Assembly: GCA_964035545.1 (NCBI GenBank)
Contig: OZ037766.1
Coordinates: forward strand, 17,261,081 to 17,325,080
Direction: 5' to 3'
From: Bugula neritina
Taxonomy: Eukaryota > Animalia > Bryozoa
DNA: 64,000 nt
Below are positions 43,514 through 64,000 of the stretch, one piece after another; position 1 is the stretch's first letter, and each line of letters begins with the position of its first letter. The notes beneath the pieces are model-generated. The model did no database searches. It saw only the letters and a list, made by a program, of their open reading frames with translations, and was not told the DNA's origin. The position numbers and the translations under genes were made by a program.

Positions 43514-44784
43514 CAGAACAAATCTTGTAATCCTGAAAGCTTGCTGGAGAAGAAAATATATATAATATTGTGTGACTAAGAATTATGGCTGGCTAGATTC
43601 TTTCTGAAAGTGTGAAGGTAAAATTCCACTGAACACTACAAGTTTCTGCTTGCATTCCATCAAAAGAAGTAAAAAGTAATTTGTGATTAACATGTTTAGT
43701 GCCCGCCTCTAGTAGTTTGAGACCAAGCAAATTTATATTTTCCTGCTGTACCTGTTCAGGGGTGCTGGATTTTATTGCCTGACAATTGAACAGCTAAGTC
43801 AAGAATTACTTGCCGTATTTGATTAAAGTAGGGTCGTTCTTTCAATGCAGCCTTCCCACAAATCCTTGGGATCTTTCAATTGAGAGTTGTGTCCACATGC
43901 ATCATTAAACCCAGGCTTAGCAATCGAAACTTATATGCAGTAAAATATGACATTCAATGGCCATTATGACTTCTATTCTAGCAGTCTATACAACTTCGTG
44001 TGATTTTGCAGATGTTGTTTCAGAACAGATAAACATAACAGCTTTTCGATCAATTGTTGGTTTTTGTTAACTAATGTTATCCTAAAAGTCACACTTAAAT
44101 TATCCCAGCAATTCAGCACACCATCAATCAATAAGCATATTACTTCACTAGAATTAACAACACACAGCACTATAATAATATACTCGGAGGTACTGCATTA
44201 CGCTGTATTTTCTGAAGATTGAGCTATATGATAATTTCTCTGTATCATAATTTCTAAATAACAGGTAAGGCCTTGAACTGTTTTGTTGTCAAGAACTAAT
44301 AACCTATAATAGGGTAGTAAAAATTGAACTTGACATATTGTGATGGTAATTATACATACATATGTATACACACATCCATTCCTGTGTACATATACATACA
44401 CACGTACATACACACGTACACACACACAAGTACACACGCACACACACATATAATGTATATATGTTACAATCATATTGTATGTACACTTGACCTGGGTTTA
44501 CTAATAATTATGCTTTTGTTTATAATATTCTAATTCACATGTAATTTCACAAAGAGTAACTGCGCATTTAATAATTTATGTAAAATGTGCCCATAATATC
44601 TTATTGTTTGATGCATAAAACTTTTTAATTTTTATGTGTATTTGTTGTACTTTCAGCAAATATCAAACTGTTATTAGGAATTATTTCACTGCGCAACACT
44701 TCTACCCTCATGTGCAAAGCATAATATAATATTATATTGTTTGTTTGTTGATTATTGTAAATGTTGCCATAGTTTAGTAAAGGC

Positions 44785-45140
44785 CAGGAGGTGTATAACC
44801 TTTTCAGGCTGAGAGCCACTGAAAGGGAATATTCAAGTGCAAAGGCCATGCACATTTTAAACTTTAGTTTGTGCTGAAGGGCCACAGCATCAGCATTATT
44901 CAAATTACTTTATTCCAGATTCTTATGAATCATTACACAATAAAGTCCCAATAATTACTGCAGACTGCATGTTTTGTAAGGATGTATATAGATAAGACAT
45001 TTAAAGTGTGGTTTTCTACTCTAACTCATGAATATCGTGGATTTTTTATTTTTATTTGTTACGTCTTTAAGGGCCACATAAATGTAAGCTAGGAGAGGGG
45101 GCTGTATCCAGCCCTGGCGTAGGCTCTTGAGCAATATACA
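44785..45140. mobile_element. Degenerate hAT MITE, same family as 12644-12965, opposite orientation
   Basis: Aligns by eye to the reverse complement of 12644-12965 (e.g. CTGAAAGGGAATATT, CCACATAAATGTA, GCCCTGG). Right end eroded; no TSD seen. Confidence 0.7.
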
Positions 45141-45485
45141 GTTTTCCTATCAGATTTACAGTGCCAATAGAGTTGTAAACTTAACATGCTTACTTTGCTC
45201 AGTACACAAATCTATAGCGATTATAGCTAAAACAAAAGAACTCTTTATTCCACATAATTATACTCCAATTATATACATCATTATATCAAATGTCATATTT
45301 CATAATGCCCATAGATCTGTTTGTGCTGTGTATACCCACCCTATAGGCAGTATTTTTTAGAATCTGGAAGTTGAGTTTGCTCTAATATTTATGTCCGCTG
45401 ATGTTTTAAGCTTATATTTTGGTGTTCTATAATAATACAATAGAATAGATTTTGGTCAGGGTTAATGGTACATCTCTAGTCTAGT

Positions 45486-54740
<9,255 letters not shown>

Positions 54741-57581
54741 TCACTAAAGTCACACTGCATACTATCCAGATAATCACTACTTTTTTTAAAAATCAGCTTG
54801 CAGAAATATTCTGGTCTAATAAAGCTACAATATTATGTGAGTTTGTTTGATCTATTCAATGAAATTAGATGATGCTATTTTTTCAAGAAAAAAACTAAGC
54901 TAAAATGGTTAAACGGAGACCTATATAGTAGCTATATTATTATAAGTAATCATCAAATTCCATAATAGAGAAAACATGAAAATATGCTTGAAATTTTAGT
55001 AAAAGTAGGCATAGTGTGCATGTTGCATGAATTTCCTATTGATAGCAATTTAGAGGTAATGAATTAGAAGATAGAAATGAAAGATAAGCAAACTTTGCCT
55101 TATGAAAATACTTACATTTTAACGTGTAGACAATTCTCAAATATGCACATTACCAGTTTAAGTTAAAGATAGCCTTGGTGTACACTATAGACTGTGGTGT
55201 AGAGCATTGCTTTTCAAAATATGAAAATAATTGGAGTTATCTTCTTATAATAGAAATGAACAGGCTGCTGCAGCTGTCAGTCTACACTTTACAGAAACAC
55301 ACTCGGTGAGACGGACCAAATATTGGGAGAAAATGTGCTATGCATTGAAATTAGCTAACAAACCAGCGTCCTTTATAATGCTGCAATTAATAAAAACTAC
55401 AACTCAATTGTACAGAAATTTAAATATATAAAAACTTGTCATGCAGTCCTGCAGTAATTAAATTTGAATACAGAAGTTATTGATCAACCAAAAGAGTTGC
55501 TTGGTTTAAATTATTCTCTTCTGTTGTGTTTATGGCACTCCATCGATTATGCTATGTGTATTTTATTTTTGAAATATTCTATTACATGAGGTTTGTTTAG
55601 TATTTGCACCCGTTGTAATGAATTATTGACCTAGCCTTGTTGGCAGTTGTCTACACGTGTTCGAATTATGTGAGTACAATGATTGTGATTGAAAAGCAGT
55701 TGGCTGGTTGCTATAGCTACTAGCAGCTGCAACAGACACCTTTCATAGTAAAGCAGAGATTATAAAGTTACTAACCATGTACTGGCTGCTGTCTATGCAC
55801 GTATTTATAATGTTATTTTAGACAGATTAAATTCTGCCCGTTGTAGAGGTTGGAGCTAGCTAAATTTACATCTGAGATTGCTATAGTTTGCAATAAAAAA
55901 TTAGATACTACTGTATACCAAATTAGTTGAATAAAACACAATCATATAATTGGTCTGCATATTTATAATCCAGGTTACAAGTGTTCAATGCTGCATTGAA
56001 CCCAATGACGCAACCCAATACATAATTGGTTACGAAGTTAGCTTTGAAAGACATAGACTACCAGTTACATATTTTGTCTACATGACCAATTAATCTTATA
56101 ATTGCTCTGTTAACATACTGTGTGCAAGACTTTTTAATCTTGGATATGTAAGATTTCTACAAACACTAATTAGTTGCTTGCATGTTTTAAGCTAATAATT
56201 TCTAAAAATAGTCTAATAAGTTGCATGATGATTATTTGTTGGAGTTTTATTTATAAGAGAAGGAGAGTATTTGTTGGATGCTCGTGGTCCTTCCTACATG
56301 CACTATAACTATGTGCATTCTATAGTTTCAGTCCAGGTTCAATACCCAAATAAACACCTTGTAATTGGCTATAGCTGTTTACATAACAACCACAAGCAAA
56401 ACAATAAGTTTTAGTCTAATTTTATCACAAAAAGGCAAACATTTATGAAACTAGAACATAGAATTACATAAGATGGTCACTAGGCTATGAGTTATATACT
56501 TAATCCCAGTGGTGCACCAGTGCTTTACTTACCCACACAATCCTACAACAACTTTTCATCATGACACTAAATTGAAAATATATTCTCTTTGTCAATGAAT
56601 TTTTATTTTCGGTGAACGAAAAAAAATCAGGAATTTAAGATTCACTTGGGGCAACCATAGACTTAGAGCTATCAATACTTGGTATGTGTAGATTCAACAG
56701 TTTGAATTATGCTTTATTTCTTATATTATACTTATGCCTCTTGGTTTAGGATGTGTCAGATCGTAGGAATTTTTTTAAAACGGTAAATGAACATTAGAAT
56801 CATGCGCACATTATTCAATGATATTTGAAAAAGTAACATTAACACATGCTGTTACAAATCTTTACTGATTCATTTATCTTTACTGTGTCTATAATCCCTA
56901 AATAAAATAGTATTTTCTTAACCAACTATGCTTTTCTGCACCGTAAAAGGCATATATAAAATATATGAGTTGGTATGTGCTATGCATGAAGACACTTATA
57001 TTATACTAAAGTTGTGATAAGATTTTTAACCCATAAACAGAAGTTAGTGCTCGTTCGAAGTTGCATCACTTCAACATTTTAAATTTTGAGAAGTTAGAAG
57101 TTACGTGCTATAATAATATATGTATTTATATTTATGTACGAGTATGATCATCATCTAGTTGTAAATAAGTTACATTCAAGTACTGGCAAGTTAAAAAATA
57201 AGTCACTTTTATGTACTTTTCACATGAATAAAAAAGTATAAAGTTTATCAACTCTTTCAATATACATTTATATTAGTGTCAGTTAGACCTGATTTTTTTG
57301 TACTGCAGCAATTTCAGTATGGCTTATGTACACCAAACACTGCAAGTTGCGTTCTCATAGTACAGCCCCAGGGTTGATTGAACTGATCTTAGTGTTTAGG
57401 CTACAGCTTATCCATGAATTTGCAACCATCAGGAAAGAACAAGTAGCTGAGTGCACTTTTCTTCTGAAATTGATTTAAATACTTTCTACAGCTATGCTGC
57501 ATAGTCTCAGTGAGTAGATTACTCTGCAAACCAGTCAGTGAGCATGCATTAACTCATAGTAACAGTAGTGTATTATCATCC

Positions 57582-58642
57582 TCAACATGAAAACCTTTTT
57601 GGACTTGGCAGTATCAAGTTATCAAACTCATTATATTGAGTTTCGCTCACACCCGGTTCGCATGGTGGTGGGATACAAACAATTGAGGGCAAAGGTGATG
57701 ATAAACTATGGCCACCATTTTGAGTAGCCATGTTAGATGAACCTGAGGGAATATGTGTGCAATTTAGATTAGGGTTTCTATATATTATTGGGAAATCACC
57801 ATTTGGGTCTTGCATAGTTAACAAATGTCTGACAGAAGAACATGGTCGACGAGTTGCAGAATATCTCAATTTGGATAAATGGAACTTTTTCTTTGCACAT
57901 CGTGGTTTTGTAATTTTTGGTGATTTCAGTGTGCTGTGAAACTGGGAAGATATTACATTGTTCTGAATATTATATGCAAGCAGGGAAAAATTTTGAGCAG
58001 CCTGATTAGCAAATATTTTAGGATGATGAATGTTATTATCCACATTGGTGGTGAATGACGATTCTCTCTCCACTGACTCGTCATTAGCTATTAATATGTC
58101 TCCATCTATTTTTGGTGCCTGTCTAGCTTGCTCTTTAGCTTCTATTTGATCCTTTCTTTCATCTTCAGTGTTTAGCATAAGAAGCTTCAGCACCATTTGA
58201 TTGAGAGCAGCAGCAAATACTGTCAGCCCGCATACTATGTAGACTATGCAAAAAGTAACATAACCTGGCTGAGTCTGTAAAGCTGCTGTCGTCTGATTCT
58301 GCAGGGCAACAAAATCCCCGAAGCCAATGGTGGACATTGTTACAAAGCAGAAATAGAGTGAGTCGAGGAAGCTCCAACATTCAAACCGTTGAAAAGCACT
58401 CGCCCCTCCAACCAGGACTAATATGCATAGAGCAGCTCCTACTAAAATAAGCTCAAACTGAGATACGTTGCTGTATTTCCAGCGACAGCAATGTTTTACT
58501 TTCTTCAACACATATAATAGGAATATATTGAATCGTTCTCCAATGCTTTGAAACATGACAATGTTCAGTGGAATGCCCAAAACAGCATAGCAAATGCAAA
58601 ATAGTTTTCCTCCTATTGTCTTTGGCGTAGAATGGCCATAAC
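57582..58642 (-). CDS. TASK-like two-pore-domain K+ channel (KCNK3/KCNK9-like), terminal exon only
   Basis: After the acceptor at 58643-58644 the exon reads (G)YGHSTPKTIGGKLFCICYAVLGIPLNIVMFQSIGER..WSFLDSLYFCFVTMSTIGFGDFVALQ..QPGYVTF..NTEDERKD..KRFSC*. The intron falls within the P1 TIG|YG, as in TASK genes. Upstream exon(s) were not found in the window. Confidence 0.92.
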
Positions 58643-58942
58643 CTAAAAAAGTATATCATATAATATTATATAGAAAAGAAAAATATTATAATTAAAATAG
58701 CAGAACACATTTCCTTTATTCATCATGATAATATGTATTCAAACTGTAACTTCAAGAACTTAGTGGGCTTAATTAAACTTATGTTATACTTATAACATTT
58801 TAATTTATATTAAAATTAAGTAAGGTTTGACAATACTGAATAAGCTACAGCTATGGAGAGAAGATTATACCAGATCCTATTTTGCTTGTAATAATACTAG
58901 CAGTATTAGTACTAGCAGCAGCAGTATAGCAGCAGCAGCATT

Positions 58943-59203
58943 AGTAGTAGTAGCAGTAGCAGTAGCAGTAGCAGTAGCAGTAGCAGTAGCAGTAGCAGTA
59001 GCAGTAGCAGTAGCAGTAGCAGTAGTGCAGTAGTAGTAGTACTAATAGTAGTAGTACTAATAGTAGTAGTACTAATAGTAGTAGTACTAATAGTAGTAGT
59101 ACTAATAGTAGTAGTACTAATAGTAGTAGTACTAATAGTAGTAGTACTAATAGTAGTAGTACTAATAGTAGTAGTACTAATAGTAGTAGTAGTAGTAGTA
59201 GTA
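58943..59203. repeat. (GTAGCA)n followed by (TAGTAGTAGTACTAA)n tandem repeats
   Basis: Directly visible. Confidence 0.95.
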
Positions 59204-59815
59204 ATTTTGTTAGCTGTCTCAGCTTAAAGTATTACTAGTATTATAACATCTTAATATTATAAATGATTGTTCCACTATAATATCTTTTATTAGTATTACA
59301 TTCAAGTTATTAAAATCGTTCATTTTCTAGTTTTTAAGTTTCAACATAAATGATTTATCATTATTTTAACCATCTTATAATAATACTGGCAAAAAAGATA
59401 CAATTATAATTTTTGCTCAGATTTCTTTCCAATTTGGCAAGATCTTTATTGCAATACCACACTAGTTAATGTTGTGCTGCACCTATATGTGAACTAAATG
59501 ATTGCAAGACTTTTTTGCAAAACGCCACTGCTGATTACACAAGCAGCAACCTGCAACAACATTCAACAATCTGCAGTAGCTGCAACTTCATATAAACAAA
59601 GCGGTACATTACACTCCTTAGCTGTGAGAATATAACTTCTCATCTTTTCTGATGTGTGACCACTTTTTACAGAATCTATGTGTGTGACATAATTTTTCAA
59701 AGATAGATCTTGTGCAGAAGTTCTGTTTTTTTAATGAAGGCTGGCATAGGAGTAGCATAGGTAAAGTGCAACAATAGTAGAAACACTGTTTCTGGTTAGG
59801 ATAGGTGATGATTTT

Positions 59816-60035
59816 AGGTAAAAATGGCACACTGATGTTACATTTTCCGAAACCCCAAATTCAAACTCCCAATCATCAAACCCCAAACCCTTAAACCCCC
59901 AAACCTAAACCCTCCATACCAAATCTTCAAACCTCCACCCCAAACCCCATTTTTACCTAATTTTGCATTTGTGCCATTTTACCAATGCCGTTTTTTACCT
60001 GTGCCATTTTTAGCTGTACCATTTTTAATGGATAC
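59816..60035. mobile_element. Non-autonomous repeat with subterminal inverted motif and C-rich telomere-like tract (Helentron/HINE-like candidate)
   Basis: GGTAAAAATGGCAC (~59818) is inverted to reiterated GTGCCATTTT(T)ACC-like motifs (59971-60027), enclosing AAACCCC/AAACCCT units. Family assignment is inference. Confidence 0.4.
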
Positions 60036-61099
60036 GATGCATGGGTAAGATATAGTAGAGTTGGTGGAAACATAGTATAAAAGTAGTGCAGATGGTGTGT
60101 GTAAAGTTTTATGCAATGCGCAAGTGTTGTAGATGAAAAATAAATTTGTAGTGTACAAAAGTATGTTGTAGACTGCATATAAAATTATGTAGTAGATGAA
60201 ATCAGTTCGGAATGCAATGTAAAGATAATACAGATTGAATGTAGATTGAGGAGATGATTTAGAGGTTTTGATAAAGTTTGTGTATAAATCCATGCTGCCG
60301 AGGAAGAGTTTAAAAATAGTATAAAAAAGTATGGCGGCAATGTAGAGATCATATAGATAGGCAAATATTGTAGAGGTTGTGTAACTATGACATACAATGC
60401 TGCAGCAGATTACACACTCATTTGTAGCTTTATTATCCTATAAATTGTACTTTACTGCTATTACATAGTATAAAAATCAATATTAGCATAGTAGGTATAT
60501 AGACGGATGAGGCACTATAGCCTACCTATGATAGATGATGCAGAACATCTCAAGTTGCCCAATTATAGAGCTTCAAACCCAACAATTAGTTGCTATACTA
60601 GCGCAGTATTATATTTGATAGTATAAAGTTAAGTACATGTCTGAGCTTGGTGGAGGTATTAAAAAGTTGTAAAGCAATGTTTCACTCTAATCTCTGTAAG
60701 GAGCAAACCATCAATAGCATCAACTTAATAAATATAAAGCATATTCAAATAGCTGATGCAGTCCATGTCTTTTTATCCAAATATTGTACAGCTATCGAGA
60801 CTAAAACATTTTGTTTAAAATCGTTCACAGAATTTAAAAGTAAAACTCAATATTATTTTATCATTCAACTAATCATTATTAAGGTGTTGACAATCTATTT
60901 TGCTCAATTAAAAACTGATGCAAAATAAATTAAGCTTACATTTTGAATATGGCCAGTTTTAAAAATATGCTATGAGATTGTGATGAAATAAGCTGTAAAG
61001 CTAGTGACCAATGACAAGGTATTCCAAGCCATTCAGTGCATAAGATAAAGGCTCAATAGTAGCTCTGATTAAACTACATGACTACAGTTAGAAAAGTTA

Positions 61100-61430
61100 C
61101 TACACCAATTGTAGTAACTGTAGTAGCTGTGGTAACTGCACTAAATGTGGTCACTTTAGTAAGTCTAGTAACTGTAGTAGCTGTGGTAACTGCACTAAAT
61201 GTGGTCACTTTAGTAAGTCTAGTAACTGTAGTAGCTGTGGTAACTGCACCAACTGTGGTCACTTTAGTAAGTCTAGTAACTGTAGTAGCTGTGGTAACTG
61301 TAGTAGCTGAGGCAACTGCATTAGCTGTGATTACTTTAGTAAGTCTATAAGTAACTTTAATAGTAAGTCTAGTAACTTTAGTAGCTGTGGTAATTGTAGT
61401 AGCTGAGGTAACTGTAGTAAATGTAGTAGC
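61100..61430. repeat. 54-bp minisatellite built from 9-bp subunits
   Basis: Units start at 61111, 61165, 61219, 61273 (CTAGTAACTGTAGTAGCTGTGGTAACTGCACTAAATGTGGTCACTTTAGTAAGT), decaying outward. Confidence 0.92.
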
Positions 61431-62588
61431 CTCCAACACTTATGTTTTAGAATAGATTTATCGATTGCTTCTATAATTTGTAGCCACTGTTACTGTAGCC
61501 ATTAAAGTATCTGCAATGAATAGCACTGTTATAATTTCTACCTTTTAGCATCTCTAATCAGACAAAACAGTTATGGCATAAATTTGTCAGTTGCTGTTGA
61601 TAGTCAACTTCAAAATTTATTCCAATTTTTTATTATCATTGATTGTGATGAAACTCCTTCAAACCTTGTTGCTACTTTTTAAAATTACTCATGATTTTTT
61701 AGTTACCAACTAAATGAGATTGGTTGTTTCGCAACTATATATTGAATATCTAATGATAATTAACTAAGGAGGTAATGTGATGCATGAAAAATAAAAAGTG
61801 AAGAATAAAAAAGAACTGATTGATAATTCTGGATCAATCATTGGCACAACTGTTAGACAAGATAGCATCTTAGCAGCTGACTCAAGATGGAAAACTTTCA
61901 TTAAAGTCACCTAAAGAGAGCATATGGTAACCTAAAACCAGCGTTGGATTTCTGTAATATTTACTTGTATATAATTCGAGTTAGGTGCAGTAATGGAGAA
62001 AATGAGAAAAGCCTGTGTTCTAGATTAGAAATGTAGCATAAGAAGTTATGTTCTCCCCAAACCAAAATAAAATAAGAGTGTGTGAAGTAATAAATAGTGG
62101 ACATATAAATACAACATTTTATCTTTTTTATTATAAATTCTTTAGGAAAAAACTCCGTTTCTGCTCAATATCTTCACATTTTTTACGTCTTTAAAAAGCT
62201 CAAAACTTGCACATTTTGTTCAGCATAATGTTCATTTTCATTACAAAAACAATTTCTTAAGAGAAACAAACATGTCTATAAGCCATTATTAGAGTACCAT
62301 TTGCATAATGTATTGAAAGACTTAAGTGACATGTAACTCATTTGTAATTGTTTTGATGCACAACTCTATAAAGATATATCAGTAATTAGATAAATTCAGT
62401 GAATCTCAAGCAAGCATTCTAATAATATAAGCAAGTACTAGATTGTAGAGTAGGTTTGAAATGTAATATTTATGAGTTTTGCTTTTGACTGAAACATTGA
62501 TGACATTGATGTCTTCTTGAAGTGGGCTTTCACTAAGAAAACAAACAGATTAAATATTCTGCTAGATGATTGCTTACCAAGTATCAAC

Positions 62589-62861
<273 letters not shown>

Positions 62862-64000
62862 TTTACAAGATGTTGGCTAATAGTATACAAGACAAGTAAA
62901 GCTACTTGAGGTAAAGAGGGCATACAATAGACAGTAAACTGCATAGTGCACATAATGAAAACAGTAGTGCCTGTGGTTGGTAGAGTGCACATTGTGCCAC
63001 AAGTGGTGCATACAGTACAGTTTACAGTGTAAAAGTGTATATAATGTAGAGTTTAGAGCTATAGTGTATACAGTATGATGCGTACTAAAGCGTGCAAGGT
63101 TGATTAATTGCACATGTATTGCAGCTATGAAAACACTTGAAGATCTAAATCCTTTCAGCTTCTATGTAATTAGCATTTTTCATTCATAATAGTTTGTGAC
63201 AGGATGTTATTATAAAACATGTTACTGGTAACACTTGCAACAAACTTATGAGAGCAACATGCAAGGGCTATCTCACTATACGGCTAGGAAATGCATTAGT
63301 AGATCTGCTAACTACAGCAGCTTAACTACACATTTACTAAGTTAACGGAATAAATTTACAATATTAAGAAATTGGCTCTTACAGCAATCACTAACAAGTA
63401 ATATAATATAATAGAAAATATTATTTCACAAGGAAGCAAAATTATTTTCTACAAATGCTGATAATGGCAGTTTAAAGTACTTTGATTCAACTTTTCAACC
63501 ACTACTAATTAGTATAGCGTAATTATAATTGGACACATCAAGACAAGCCATTTGCTTGTTTTCAATTACAACTACAGAAAGCCTTATTTCTAGACTGCGT
63601 TTAACTATAAAATATTTAAAAATAAATTTAAAACTAAACTTTCAATGACTAAAATTGAAAGCCGCTATGGAGTGATTGCAGATACTGTTGAGGTATAGGA
63701 AATATAGTTAAGGCTATTACACTAATAATAACATACTATAATCAGCAGTTTGACAAGTAGAATTTTGATTCGTTATAAAGTTCCTAATGCCCTGCATTAA
63801 AGCTAGTAAATTGAAAACATTATATGCAAGTTTTAGATTTGGATCAATATTGCAGTTGAAGTTGGATACCTTTAGACAATTGATTTAAATCCTTAGTTCT
63901 GAGGGATATGTTGAAAATTGCGTTATAAGACCCCCCCCCCTTGGAGGTGGGGTCCTAGATTTCCTTTTTATAAGAAGTATAGGCAGTCTTTTAAAAAACT

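Noticed and set aside
58943-61430. CRISPR-like appearance of regular repeats
   Set aside because: Head-to-tail tandem units with no unique spacers, no cas genes, and a eukaryotic intron context.
63928-63959. GC hairpin followed by CTAG (Helitron 3'-end-like)
   Set aside because: Imperfect stem, no spacer before CTAG, no identifiable 5' end.

Overview
AT-rich, intron-rich animal genomic DNA (probably invertebrate; taxon not determinable from this window). Five protein-coding genes were reconstructed by hand from splice sites and reading-frame phase: (1) an NRF-6/O-acyltransferase-like gene (minus, 13 coding exons, ~771 aa, with a probable GC-AG intron); (2) a DENND2/ST5-like Rab-GEF gene (minus, 14 coding exons, ~1345 aa); (3) ribosomal protein RPL27A/uL15 (plus, 4 exons, 145 aa); (4) a GABA-B-type class C GPCR with apparently no Venus-flytrap domain, i.e. 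GPR156-like architecture (plus, 7 coding exons, ~584 aa); (5) the last exon of a TASK-like K2P channel (minus). Between and within them are MITEs (hAT-like x2, PIF/Harbinger-like x2, a Kolobok-like near-perfect foldback), a 5'-truncated RTE-like LINE with a 14-bp TSD, and very long micro- and minisatellites. The most notable observations are the RPL27A HHH motif replaced by LHR (loss of His39, the MINA53 hydroxylation site, next to the cycloheximide-resistance position), the ectodomain-less GPCR, and the ~200-bp-arm palindrome. No prokaryotic-type system is present.
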